64,000 bases of DNA from Camelus ferus (Eukaryota), in the NCBI RefSeq assembly GCF_009834535.1, contig NC_045697.1, forward strand, positions 96,784,001-96,848,000. Direction: 5' to 3'. The notes beneath the pieces are model-generated. The model searched no databases. It was not told the DNA's origin and saw nothing but the letters and a program-made list of their open reading frames with translations. The translations under genes were made by a program, and so were the position numbers. Positions 47,387 to 59,910 of the stretch are shown here, piece after piece. How positions within the stretch are numbered: position 1 is the first letter of the stretch; the number at the start of each line of letters is the position of its first letter.

Positions 47387-48879
47387 GGAGGGTTTGGAGA
47401 ACTCCCATTTCACTAAGGAATTCCTGTTCTCTGTAGTTTTTGAGGGTCCTCACTTTTGGGCTTTTGAGGAGGGCAGAATATAGTGTCTTTAGCAACAGGC
47501 TTTATACCATAAAACCTTATTTCCACAATAAAGTGGTTGGTTTCACTATAAGAAAACTAAGCTACCTGTTTTATTTGTGCTTCTTCTGATATTGGCAAGA
47601 AAAGCAATGGCTGTGCTCCACCATTTACTTTCCTACCTTTCACCCCACTCCCTGGCTCCACTTCAACTAATTGATTCAACCTGAGTAATGACCAGTAAGT
47701 GTTCTAATCTGTGTCCTTATGCAAATATAAAAATGTATATACCCGCTGGTTGGTTGTAGAGCATGTGTTAGCTTATTGTGCAGCACTTAGCTGAGAGTCT
47801 TTCAAATCATTTTCTGATTGTGAATCATTCTAGAAAAGAAGAAATGAGGGTGCCTTATTCTATAGCACACTAGCCACCTATATCTTCCTCTTATGTGAGA
47901 AAATGGATTGCAAATTCTTCTGTATCATTTTAAAGCAGCATTGTGAAACTTTCTCAGAAGGGTGATTAGAAAACATCTGTAATCATTGCTGGAAAGCCAG
48001 CCAATCTGCACGAGCTAGTTAATCTGTCTCTCCTGTCTGGCCAGCAGGATGCAAGAAATGAGATCTTCCTGATTTCTTCAGTAGAATCCTATCTTGAATC
48101 ACAAAAAATATACAGCTTCATGTGAAATCCAAATGGCTTTTTAATAGGCTGCCCAATGCTTCTCTGAAACATACACAAAAAGGCATTGCTGGAGAAAGTG
48201 GGCTTTCACAGCTCTGAGAGGTGAGATCTGTGAGTCTGTGAGTTTGGAGAGCAGTTTATCCACAGTTAAGAAAAATATGATATTGCATGCATGCTGTTTT
48301 TCTCTTTAGTGCCACAGTCTTAAGTCACAGGGGCTGGAAAATGTCAACAAGCTCATCAGTTTTGGTCAGGGACATATTCTTTGTCTTTGGCAAAATGTAA
48401 AAATTTCCCCCAAACTTTCTCCCATTTGAACTTGTCTTAATCTCACGAGGGCTAGTATATCAGGTTCTGAGGAAACTGCAAGGCAGGTATGTCATGAGAG
48501 AGATTCAAAGAGATGAAAATCTATATGGAGAACCCATATGATACAGCTCAGGAACTGAAAATGATAAGCAAAAAAATCCAGAAACCAACAGGGTACAGCA
48601 AAAAGTTGCAAGTTATAAGTCATATGGAAGTATGAACAAGTTAGAAAAATGTGTATAAACAAGGACAGAAAACCAATGATTCAAATGCAAGTCATCGTCC
48701 TTTATTGCTTGGTAATTGGCTAGCATATGATGGATTCAGGATGTCAAACTACCTGGGACCATTATAGGTAGGGCTAGGGATTGTTTACATTATTGAAGTA
48801 AATGTTATCACCCACGAGGTTGATGAAAGTGACGAAAGAAGTCAAGATAGACTCTGGGAGACCATAGGTTTCAAATTAC

Positions 48880-49200
48880 GGGTGAAGGAAGAAGGGTGAA
48901 CACAGAAGGCGGGAGGGTCAGAATGATGGCCAAGGAAGCCAGTGAAGAGGAGTGTTGTGACAAGGAAGGTGAGGTAAGAAAGTCAAATGCTAAAGAGAAA
49001 GGGAAGAGCTGGAAAATACCAGTCACTATGGCAATTAGACAGCAATTGGTTCAGTAAGAAAGTAAAAACAGTTAGAGTGAATAGATGTGGCTGAAGTAAG
49101 AAGTGTGAACAAGACAGTAAATTCAGGTGTGAAAGAAAAGAGGCAAATGGAGGAAAGGGGCTGGTTTGAGTGTGGATTGGTTAGTTTTCTAATGGGAGAA
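48880..49200 (-). mobile_element. L2 fragment
   Basis: ggaagccagtgaagaggagtgtt...gtcaaatgctaaagaga...tggcaattaga. Confidence 0.5.
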
Positions 49201-50707
49201 AATTTCTTACATATGTAGACAAATAAAGAAATAAAGAGGGAGAGGTAAAAATCAAAATGGGTTTTTATAGACATTTAAAATTATATTTTTATATAAATTT
49301 TATATTTCTATCTATATGTGAGGTGGGGTATGGTGAGTCAGATTGTAGAAACTAAATTTGTTTCTATGCCTGTAAGTGGAAAAATAAGTAACCTATAATG
49401 CTTCCGGAGCCTGGGCAAATTTTGACATCAAATTATTACAATCCCTTGCCAGAAAGTAATGAAAGAGTAGAGGAATCCTCCTCCTCTCCTGTCACCATCA
49501 CTCCTGTCCAGAAACATGGTGGCCCTGTGGCTAGAACCAAAGGAATCAAACTGTGTGGCTACTGCTTTGAAGCCTTCAAAGAGATGCATTTGAATCTATG
49601 AATCCATGGTCAGGAGACAAGAACAGTGACGAACAGCACCCCCACCCCCATCCCTCCATGTACATATTATGCCCACATAAACTAAAGTAGTTGGGGATTC
49701 CTAGACAAATAACATTGAGGGTAAAGCTGGAAGTGCATAATATACTGGATTTTTTGAATTGACAAAGAGAATATCTGAAATATCTGAGCATTCCTAGAAT
49801 AACACTTAAAAGATTTTTCTAAATAGTCAAGCATATGGGTAACCACAACAAATGTTTTGCCTCTACTCATTATAATTAAGAGATTTAAAAAATGTAATGA
49901 ATCAAATACAGATCTCCCATTCTCTTGCTGCTCAGAACTATTACTATTAATATTTTGGTGCTTTTTCTTTGAAAATTTTAAATTTATTTGATCTGATAGA
50001 GATGTAGAAAAAACCTATTTTCATTTAAATATGCATGGTCATTTTTCCAATTGTATAAACTGTAAAAATAGTTGCAATACTTTCACAATATCCATCATAT
50101 GCCAGCAAATTAATTTATATAAATGTCTTAGTGTTGAAATTTAGGTAATTAATTAAACTATTATAAACATGCAATGCATTTTTATAATATTTCAGAATTT
50201 TTCCTTGGTATATGCTCTCAGAAGTAGAATTACTCAAATACATAAAAATTTAAATGAATCTTGATAATGTAAATTTTCCCCTAATATAGATCCAGTTTAA
50301 ATTCCTGCTTATCATGCAAAAGTCTGCATGGTTCTCTTTGTCCTCAATTAATTGCCTATTGCTGGTCTCATTAAATTCACATTTTATTTTGGTAAGATAG
50401 TATTTTACTGTTTGCACTGAACATTGCATTTTCCTTGATGATATACATTCTAAAACCTTGCAATATTATCTATTTATTTATCTGACATTTAAAACGCCCT
50501 TAATGATGCCTACTTCATAGGATGGACTAATCCACAATTGGACATGTAAGTGTAAAATTCAGGGGAAGGAGGAGTTGAGGGTTTGGGGAAAATAAAAGTT
50601 GAAGTGAAAGTTCTGAGACTTCTGCTAAGAAGTTGTGAAAATGAGAAGAGTTTGAGGCTCATAGACTGAGAAAAAGAGAATGGTCCAAGGGACTGAGGAT
50701 CCCGATT

Positions 50708-51053
50708 TTAATATAAAAAATTAATAAATAAAAACCTATATTAAATGGAGTCAGGAGACCAGAGAGGAGAGCTCTCATGTCCTGTGAGGATAGCAGAGCC
50801 CAAAGGAAGAAGAAAGACTTCTTTCCTGGCAACAACTCAGCCAGTGAAAAGTCATGGAATCTGCTTACTCCAGCCCTCCCAACTTCCTTTTCTGCCCTAT
50901 AGAGTGTTCTCCTTTCTGCGCAGGGCAGACTTGCACAGGGTTTGCCGTAGTTCCAGACCCTGAACAACAGTTTTCTGCTGATCCTGAATAAACCCATTTT
51001 TAGGGGGGAAGGCTGGGAGAAATAGGTGACAGTCTGTTTATTTTAGATTAAAA
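50708..51053 (+). mobile_element. ERV1-class solo LTR (MER4-group like)
   Basis: aaatggagtcaggagaccagagaggagagctctca, actcagccagtga, gccctataga, ctgctgatcctgaataaacccattt. Confidence 0.65.
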
Positions 51054-51549
51054 ATACCAAGGAACAGATGTGCTTGCTTTAAAGGAAAGAGGGCATTAGC
51101 AGAAATAACTTTACTAAAGGATGAATAGTAAACTATGTTTGTACTTCTGTTTGATGCTGTGGTCCACAGAACTGTATAGAAATAGGGTACTGAGTGGGGT
51201 GAAACTGAAATCATTGGAATTGAAGTGAAAGAATGTGGCTATTGAACCTGACATGTAATTTACACATTCAAGGTGCTTGTAGAAATTGTTGCAAAGTCTC
51301 TGAACCTGAAAGCCAAGGTGAGAAGCCAAGTAGATGTATCCAGATAGCCTAAGCCTCAAAGGTATTTTTTTCCTTAGAAAGGGAAAACAATGATTTATGG
51401 TGATCAGTCATAATGGGAGGGGTCACAATAATGCTGGAGGTTTCCTCTAGCCAGGTAGGATATGTAACACAAGATACTTCTTAAGAGTTCTAGCCAGATA
51501 TTATATAATCATATAATATAGAAAATCATATAATAAAGATCTTTCTAAT

Positions 51550-52300
51550 TCTTTCCTCATAAATCAGATTTAAGTTAAACATTTTTGTACGTGTGTCAAA
51601 AATACTAGATGGGTGATTTCCTGTTGCACAACAACATTATGACACATATAAGAATGCCATTTTCTCCTTATCACTGATGCCAAGTTTGATTATTATACAT
51701 GCTCTTGTCTTCTAGATCCTTGTATCAGAAAGGAAAATATTTTCCTTTAGTATTAGGTAAATAATACACGAGGTGTTGCTTAAAACATGTGTCAGTGATT
51801 TTTAACATTTATTAACAATCTTTGCTTGATTAAGAAATTATTTTAGTAGTCACAAATGATGATTTTCTGTTTTCCTAGTACATGTATATGTTAGTATTCT
51901 TCTGTTAAAAAAGAGCTTTTTTCTTCCCCCCTTTTCTTTTAGGTAGCACTACGGATTCATGCATAATATGTTATAATTAGTTGTGTTATAATTGACTACT
52001 CGTATTTTTAATGATGTTTATTTGTCTCTAATTTGGCCCTTGAGGGCCCCTTTCTTGCTAGATCCTGTGCAATTTGATATGTTCCCATTAGTTCTGGTGT
52101 ATGTCCTTGCTTTCTGAGTCTCTTACTCATTTCGTAATATTCTCTTATGTGCAGTGAAGTATGGATGTAATTTCTCTTTTTTTCCAAATGATTACTTAAT
52201 TGTCACAACATCATTTACTAAAAATTACATTCCTCAATGAGAACTCTCTAAAACCAGAGAAATGAACACCGATTTGTGATGCCATATTCATATATGTAAT
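51550..52300 (-). mobile_element. Old L1MC/L1ME 3' region fragments
   Basis: tcagatttaagttaaacattttt, ctgatgccaagtttgat, tctaatttggcc, tttttttccaaatg...caacatcatttact. Confidence 0.55.
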
Positions 52301-52869
52301 GCAGTTTCTTAATAAACTTTAATCTTTTTCCATAAGAGAGCAACACCTTTGGGCTTGAGTTATAGTTGGTCAACCTCATTCCATAAACAGTCTTTATATA
52401 TAAAAGAAGCAAATATATATTTTAAAGACTTCACATTCAACAATCAATTTCTCTCTCTCTCAGTTTCTCACTCCCTCTCTTTCTTCCTTCCCTCTCTCCC
52501 TATTTCTTTCCCTCTCATTTCTATTTTGGACTTGATCTTAATCTCTTACAACACATAATTATGAAATAATCAATACAAATGATTATTGAAATATGAAAAT
52601 AAAAATTAGAAGACATTTGTTTTTTAGTCTTATATATAACTATTTAGGTGTAAGAATTCTGAAAAACACTAAAACATTTTAAAAAATCTGAAAAACAGTA
52701 AAAACAGTAAAAAAAAAAATTATTTTACTTCTCTTTGACCTGGGCCTTTGATAGGAGTTAGAAAACAGGCACATTAAGATACATTAAGATTAATTTCTTA
52801 TTCAAGGAGCCAAGGTCCTAATGTACTACATTGTGACAACCAAGATAAGTGAAAGAGGAGTTTTTATCT

Positions 52870-53380
52870 TTTCAATCCAAACCAATATCTGATCTCCCAT
52901 CCAATTTTGGGAGAACTGACCACTGCAACAAAGAAGCTGAATAGCCTGGCTCTCACTTTCTCTGCCTACTTAGCAGCTTGGGCATTTGCCTATGATTGAG
53001 ATTGGCCAGTCTGAGACAGAGAATTAAAAGTCTGTGATGCAAGAACAACAGAGAATTAATCAGGTATGTGGTTACCATGGCAGAAAAAAAAAAAAGTATC
53101 TGGATGAAGATACATTGGAGGAATATTTCCCAGTGCTAATAGGGGCAGTGAGGATAACACTAGTGTCCAGTGTCCAATGTTAGTGGCACTTTCCTTGTTG
53201 AGTCACTTCCTATGGTGTGAGTCTGGCTATGATACTTGCCTCTTAGTCTCCATTGGTGCATGGGTATTTTCTGAGTCTGACTCTCTACCACACCCATCAG
53301 TTCTGTAGGTCAGTCAATATTCTTTCAATAAATGCATTTTTCTTTTAAATGACTGGGAATTAGTTTTTGTTGCTTATGAG
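52870..53380 (+). mobile_element. ERVL LTR (LTR16/LTR33-like)
   Basis: gaagctgaatagcctggctctcactttctctgcctac...ttggccagt ... ctttcaataaatgcatttttcttttaaatgact...tgttgctt. Confidence 0.55.
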
Positions 53381-56132
53381 AAAGGGGTAGACGTTGCTGA
53401 GAAGTAATTTCACTTAATTTAAGATAGCAGTGAATTTAACTTTATAGTAGCTAGTATTCTTTAAAAAAATGATTAAAGAAGACAATTTATGTGCTACAAA
53501 CTTTATTTAACACTTCATAAAGTGGACAGATTCCTTTTAAGGAACTGCAAAATGGCCAGAAGGAAAAAAAAAACTTTAATTTAACTAAAAAAATAAATAA
53601 ATAAGGATGAGAAAAATAGAAAATATCTGATTGGTGGGGGCCACATTGTTTAACATTTTTATTAAGAGCAGACCAATAATCTAAAAAAATTTTCCTTTTA
53701 ACAGAAAGAAAACCCAGTACTAAAATTGCACCAGTGTACTTTTGATATTAAAACTCTTTAAGAAAAAAAAAAACTTATCTATGTCTATTCTAACCTTAGC
53801 CAGTTTGACCATATGTAAAATTCCTTTCCTAAGAAACTCTTTCCACAAACCTTCTACAACTTTTTATATTCATTCAGATATTGTCCATTTTTTTCTATCT
53901 TTCTCTTTATGGAACTATCAGTTATTTTAGTTTAGAAAAAAATTACTCTCTTTTTCCCTTAACAAAAGCACATCTTCCCATACCTCATCCTTTTTCTTAC
54001 CAAAAATACAATGCAATTCCCTTGCACAGACATGTTTCCCTTATTTCTAGTAGTTTTATTTATTTATGTTAATTAGAATGTTTAACATTAAAATCCTTAA
54101 TTCCTAGTGAAAACTAAGAAGAAAGCAATTTGTGACCTATTACACTAGCATTCTGTGGATTGGTAAATTTATAAATACATTTCAGAAGTTCTAGAAGTAT
54201 TTTTTTTACAAGATATGTAAAACATCATACACTGTGATATGTTTACATATCATAGTACTAGTAAAAATATACTATGAGTAAGTATACTTTTACTCATAGT
54301 AAATTTTTCAATGTGGTACAAAACATATTCACTAATATACCCAAATATTTTATCTGTAAAAGGAAGTTAAAGTGGATAAATGTATGTTCAGCAACTAATA
54401 TTTCAATATTTTATCTTATTTGAAAATGATTTAGATATAAAATGAATATCCATCATTTAATTTATCTCAATATAACTTGAAGAACACAAGTTGCCAAAAC
54501 AATTTTGGAAACTATTTTTAAGTAGACATACCATAAAGCATACTTATTGTCGAAAAATCCATTTGTTAACTTTTACATTACTCAGATCTATTAAATTTAC
54601 TTGTTCTTAACCCCTATGTTTAGATTATTCATGAAATTTTTATGAGACATTAAACAGCTAACCATCATCTCAGTTATCTTTCTTGCTGACATAGTCTATA
54701 ACAGAGATAACATAAGCTTATTTGACTTTCAGTTAACCTAGGTAAAATAAAAGTATTATATTCAATGCTGATAACTCTAAAAACATGATTATTTTTATTA
54801 AATCAACAAACTTAAACCAGCTTTTATTTACTGAAGATTATCTTGTGAACCTGACCAGAGCTCTTTACATATAGTACCATTGAAACATAGAAAAAAATCA
54901 CACATTTATAACATACATACAAAGGAATACATAAATATACAGACAGACACAGATCTATAGCTTTTGCTTTAAAATTTTTGCCATGAGCTGGGTATGATAA
55001 TGCAAAACTCACTAATTTATGAAAGAACAGTTAGATCCAAATTGAGTTTCTGGCAGATTAAATAAGTTAAGGTACTTGCTCAGATGGCTTAAACTTTTTA
55101 TTATTATTTGTAGAGACTTCTAAAATTTTCTTGCACCTAGTTTTCAAATAGCTTTTCCCTTTTTCTTTCTTCCTAACAGAAGAAGTACTACCTCTCTGAA
55201 GTTTACATTTCAAGGAGATGGCCTTTAGGTCTTAGAGAAGACCAGGTAGAATATTTACAACTTAAAGGTTCAGAGAAAGAATGTGAGTTCCTGCAAGAAG
55301 GATTTTTGTTTCCTAAACCCAAAATTTTCTACAATGCATACAAGTATTTTGAGATGAATAGGGGAGGTTTTGGGATTGGTAAAAAGGATAAGGCTTTTTT
55401 CTGTCCTTGTAAAGACTCAACTTATAAGACAAGTTGTACAAGTTGTCCTCAATTTGTAGAATGGTTGTTTTTAATTTCTCAAAGAATTGAATTGCAATGG
55501 GAATGATAAAAGGGGACTGATCTACTCATCAAAGTACATTATTATCAATTTGCTTCTTTATATCAAGGAGGAGATCTTCAATTAAGGTAGAAATCAAAAG
55601 ATTCATATATTCTAGATTTAGAGCTGTTTTTCTTTGAAATGTTTTTCTTTCCCTCTGGGTATATAGTTTCATTTAGCTTAGGAGAGAAGGCCTTAACAAA
55701 AAAGTTCCTGTCAAGCTCTGAATGTCAGTTTCCAATTTTGCCAACTTCTGACCATAGAAATACTTTAAAAAATACATCCTTTCAAATTTCTTGTCAGGTT
55801 TCAGCTGAGACAAACAGTAAGTATTCCTGGAAATATTGAACAACCTCATGGAACCAAGAGGCATCCCCAAAGAAGTTGTAAAAAAAGAAACTATCTTCCC
55901 AACACCAAGAGACACTCTCCAAGATAGCTCAAAGAAAGACTTAGGCAATTTCCTGAGCACTGGCAATAGTCAGGAGGACCCCAGCTGTGAATGCAGTGCG
56001 CTCAATTTCGTCTGGCAGTATCTAACCCAAGATGGGTTGCAACTCACATTTCTGTCTGGCCATATTTTGGGGCCTCCAACCTGACAGTTGGGCTGCCTGC
56101 ATATGTAAGAACCAACAATCTACATGTCCCAA

Positions 56133-56624
56133 TGTGAACGAAAATACTGCAATGTGAGTGAAAATACTGCAAACATATCAGTAAACAAAGAATGCTGAAA
56201 CCAAGTCATCAGCGGTTGCAGCCACCCCCCAGTGTGGACGGGCCTGTAGCCCAGCCTCTGCAGCCACTCAACGGTGCACTCTGAGTGGACTCAGAATAAG
56301 AAAGGACAGGATACTGGCCCTAGATAGCTAGGTGCTTGTCAAATGAATGAATTCAGTGAGCCCAAATGTTTGCTTCCTCCCATACATAGAAAAGCACTAA
56401 ATACTTTAACTTGAGATGCCTGGCCTTCTTTAGATTACAAGCAATCTTCTATTGTTCCAACTACCTGGTTTTTGTTGTAAAGCTCCTATATATCCTTGCT
56501 CCTCCCCTACCTCTTTGGAGCAGTCCCTCAGAGCGATCTGAGAGGCTGTCATCCCAGCTCAAGTCCTCCCGCCAAATAAAACATAACTCTTAACTTTTAG
56601 GCTGTGCATTTATTTCAGTCGACA
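56133..56624 (+). mobile_element. Younger ERV1 solo LTR nested in the provirus, opposite orientation
   Basis: tgtga...gtcgaca termini, cctatatat TATA, AATAAA near 56575, TSD ccaa/ccag, several retained CpGs. Confidence 0.85.
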
Positions 56625-57229
56625 CCAGAATGGCAGAAAGCCAAGTCAAATTCTCAGGACACAAAATGAGACCAATAAGAAGGCAATAGCTGTCTCTGGG
56701 AGAGAAAAGGATTGGTAACCAATAAAGGACAACATAAAATTTTACTTTCCTCTCAACGGGGCACTACAGAGATCCAAGAGAGCTCACTCTGGTAAGAATT
56801 CTCATCCTTTGTTGATTTCTGCCAGTTTTCCCTGGATCCCATCTGCAGGCTCCAGAGTTACTGGGATTAAAGTAGAGAGTGTAGCCCCATATCTATTAGA
56901 ATTATTTTGAAGGTCTTCCATTAATTTTAATTTTGGTTTCTCCTTAGCTATTTGAGGGTATAATTGGTAGCATTTTCCCAGAGAATCCCTCGGAGTCCCA
57001 TCGACCACAAGAGGGGCTCTGTGGGGCCTGCTTTCAAGGGTAGATATGGGGGTGTCGGAGTTAGTGCGGAAAGCTTTGATTTTTGTCTATAGTATTGTAG
57101 CTTTTTCCAAGTGGAAAGGCAATTAAGACAGAGAATTAGTAGACTAAATATTCAGGTAAATAAAGATAGAGGGCAGTAGCAGACAGCACATCAGTCTTAC
57201 AGTCTTTCGTTTTAGCTATCTCCTGTGTC

Positions 57230-57530
57230 TTTAATTTCTCTTTAGTCTTTTGCAATGAATCTTTTAATGAAGCTGTTTCGGAAGTTTGAAGTTTTTTGGA
57301 GGCTTCTGCATACCAGTTAAAATAGGTAGCCCATTCTGTTTGATTTGGAAATCCTTGCTTTCAAGTGCATCTCTTCAATGAATGACCTTCCTAATTGGAA
57401 TTCTCCCCATAATGTTCACTGTAACTGTGGGTTGTCTTAGTAAGGCTTTGCCATTTTTGTAGATAACTAGAGTTTCCAAAACCACAGTTCTTAGACATAA
57501 AATAAGCAGATGTGCCAGAAAGTGACACGA
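57230..57530 (-). pseudogene. gag matrix-like remnant
   Basis: Minus-strand fragments GTSAYFMSKNCGFGNSSYLQKWQSLTK and WATYFNWYAEASKKLQTSETASLKDSLQKTKEKLK, broken by frameshifts and a stop. Confidence 0.6.
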
Positions 57531-58239
57531 TTCTTTGAAACTTGAAGATTCCATTTCTGTAGCAAGCCTTGGTTCTCTCAGAGCCAAATTAATACCTAAG
57601 AGGGGTGTGCCACTGGGTTGGGGACTGTGTGGTGTTTTACAGTGTACTTTGTTGCACAGAACCTTCCTTGAGGTTGGTAGTGATCTAGTGTCAAGTTAAC
57701 TTATCGTCGCACAGGAGTCTTAGAGTTAAAGTGGTGAGCACTGTAACAGCTTTTAAATGCTCCACCTCATGCATCAGTTTTGAAGCTTTGGCTTCCGAGG
57801 TTCCTGTTAGCAAGAGATCTATCGTTCCCTTCAGGAGAAAATTTCTCTATAGTGGTGAACACCCTAATGGCTTTTAATAGTGTTTCTTATGCCTACTTAG
57901 ATTTTGATTTTGATGATCAAAACAGTCTGAATTTCTTATCTTATTTCCCCAAGTCCCCTAGTGGTTTATGCTGTAGGCTTACCTTAAGGCTTTGTGAGCC
58001 CCATGATGGATACCACCTGATGTGGACTTCCAATAAAGTTATCCTGGAAATTTTCTGGGACCCCAGAACATTTCTGGGAACTTTAATAAACCCTGGAAGC
58101 TCTCTGATGTATACTATCCATCAATCCCAGGAAAATTTCTGTGTAAAGAGGTACATGCAAAACATCACAAAACCCTTGCCCAGCAGCCCATTCCTCTTAG
58201 GTATTAATTTGGCTCTGAGAGACACAAGGCCTGGATAAA

Positions 58240-58320
58240 GAATATATATGTATATATGTGCGTGTGTGTGTCTGTCTCTCTCTCACTTTCTCTCTCTATT
58301 TATATATATATATATATGTA
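58240..58320. repeat. Compound (TA)/(TG)/(TC) microsatellite inside the ERV leader
   Basis: atatatatgtatatatgtgcgtgtgtgtgtctgtctctctctc...tatatatatatatatatg. Confidence 0.9.
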
Positions 58321-58500
58321 ATCTTTTAAATAAAGTTTGCTTGGACTGAAGAGCTGTATGCAAGGGATTAGAGCTCAAATCCCAGAGTGACTTACCCATG
58401 GCTTTCAGTAATGGTGAGAGGAACAGTGAACTCAAAGGAATCAGCAAGTGTCTCCCTTGTGTGTCTTCTTGTTCTATAGACCACTGGCAGTCAGCTTAGG

Positions 58501-58519
58501 ATCTCATTCCTCCTCACCA
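58501..58519 (-). promoter_or_regulatory. Retroviral primer binding site, closest to tRNA-Ser(GCT)
   Basis: Minus tggtgaggaggaatgagat, a few nt inside the 5' LTR. Compare the tRNA-Ser PBS tggcgacgaggatgggat. Confidence 0.6.
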
Positions 58520-59157
58520 AAAACTATAAAAGAAAAAAAAAAAAGATTAAAGAAGACAATTTAGGTAATACAAAAAAACTTTAACACTTCATAAAGTAGA
58601 CTAGTCACCTTTTGGGGAATTGCAAAAAGGGGTGGAAGGCAAAAACTTTTATAGGGTAAAGAATAAAGTACAAGGAAGGGACAAATACAAAATATCTGAT
58701 TAGTGAGAGCCAAATAATCAACCTTGTTTGGGGTGAGGAGGCCCAGAGTTGATCTGGCACCTGTGAATTAGCTGACTGACTAGACTGTGTTTCTGGTCAA
58801 ATAAAGTATTGACAGGAACAGGAAAGCTATCTAGGTTTAGGTTTGCTGATGTGGCACCCTGGGTAGGACGGGTTCCCTCTTGAGCCTATAAATTTATTTC
58901 AACAATATTAAATAATTATTTCAGTTATACATTATAGGATTTAAATTCTTTGGAAAAAATTTGAGAGGAATCATTGTGTGATGTAGTGTGGACCATGGTC
59001 AGGTGTTGGGATATCAGTTATACAGTGTTCACCTTTGAAAGATCATTCAATTAATATAACTAAGAGGTTCAAAAATAAAAATTTCACTAAGCTAAGGAAA
59101 TAAAATATCAAAATATTGGCCTGAGAAGGCAATACTTTAAAGTACAAAGAATAGGAA

Positions 59158-59722
59158 TGTTGGTTGTATTGTATATATTTTTAATTAGTTGTATATTGTG
59201 ATATTTTGACTTCGTAAAGAAACTTTTCTGGCTAGGGAGAAACTGCCCCTCCTTGGGTTAAGCAATTCTTAGAGATGGCAAAGGGCCTAGCCTGGAGCAT
59301 GTCTTTGATATGTAAACTAATCAATTCAGAGCCATTCCTCATCTATCTGGCCTGGGCACCCCAGGAGGCAATATTCTTCTGCCTTAATCATCCTAGGGCC
59401 AGGTGCAGGCAATTGGGGACCGCTCTTACAGCCCAAAACCCACAGAAATTATTCAAACAAGCCAATTCTAAACTGTCCATCCTGCCCTGCCTTGCCTTGC
59501 CTTTCCTGTGAAAACTCCAATAAAGACGGTTGCTGAAACCTTCCCCTTGTTTCTGTCTTCTACTGCCTGACCTGATGTCTTTCCTACGTAGCTCTGTGTG
59601 GTGAGCCATACCTCCTGTTTCTAGGAACTCTGAATATAAAAACTTTGTTTTTTCCTGAGCCACACCCCTATCTTCTCTGTGGCTTCACCTGTCTGACCAT
59701 ATCAGTAAAAGAATACAACACA
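59158..59722 (+). mobile_element. ERVL LTR, MER74-like
   Basis: ggagaaactgcccctcc...caattcttagagat, gaaattattcaaacaagccaat, gccttgcctttcctgtgaaaactccaataaag, cctcctgtttctagg. Confidence 0.8.
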
Positions 59723-59859
59723 TTGGCAATCAGCAGATTATAAGGATTATTTTTTCACTTGATATTATGAATACTTGGGCAAGTTATTTAATCTCCTCCA
59801 TAGGGGAGAGATAACTCTCCAGAAGTGCCGTGCAAGAATATGGTTGTACTTATGCTACT

Positions 59860-59910
59860 TAGAGCAGTAGTTTCAACTGTAGCTTTACATTAGAATTAGC
59901 TGAAGAGATT
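59860..59910. mobile_element. MER5-like hAT MITE, left part
   Basis: agcagtagtttcaactgtagctttacattagaattagctgaagag. Confidence 0.5.

Larger units (their letters stand above)
53460..58904 (-). mobile_element. Deleted ERV1-class (MER4-group-like) provirus: 5' LTR, PBS, gag remnant, AT-rich internal region, truncated 3' LTR
   Basis: Paired LTR sequence gattaaagaagacaattta...taacacttcataaagt...aaaatatctgatt at 53460-53645 and 58525-58904. PBS at 58501-58519. Gag MA-like peptides near 57230-57530. Confidence 0.85.

Noticed and set aside
57780..58238. 152-aa plus-strand ORF
   Set aside because: Antisense to the ERV leader region, non-ATG start, no domain.
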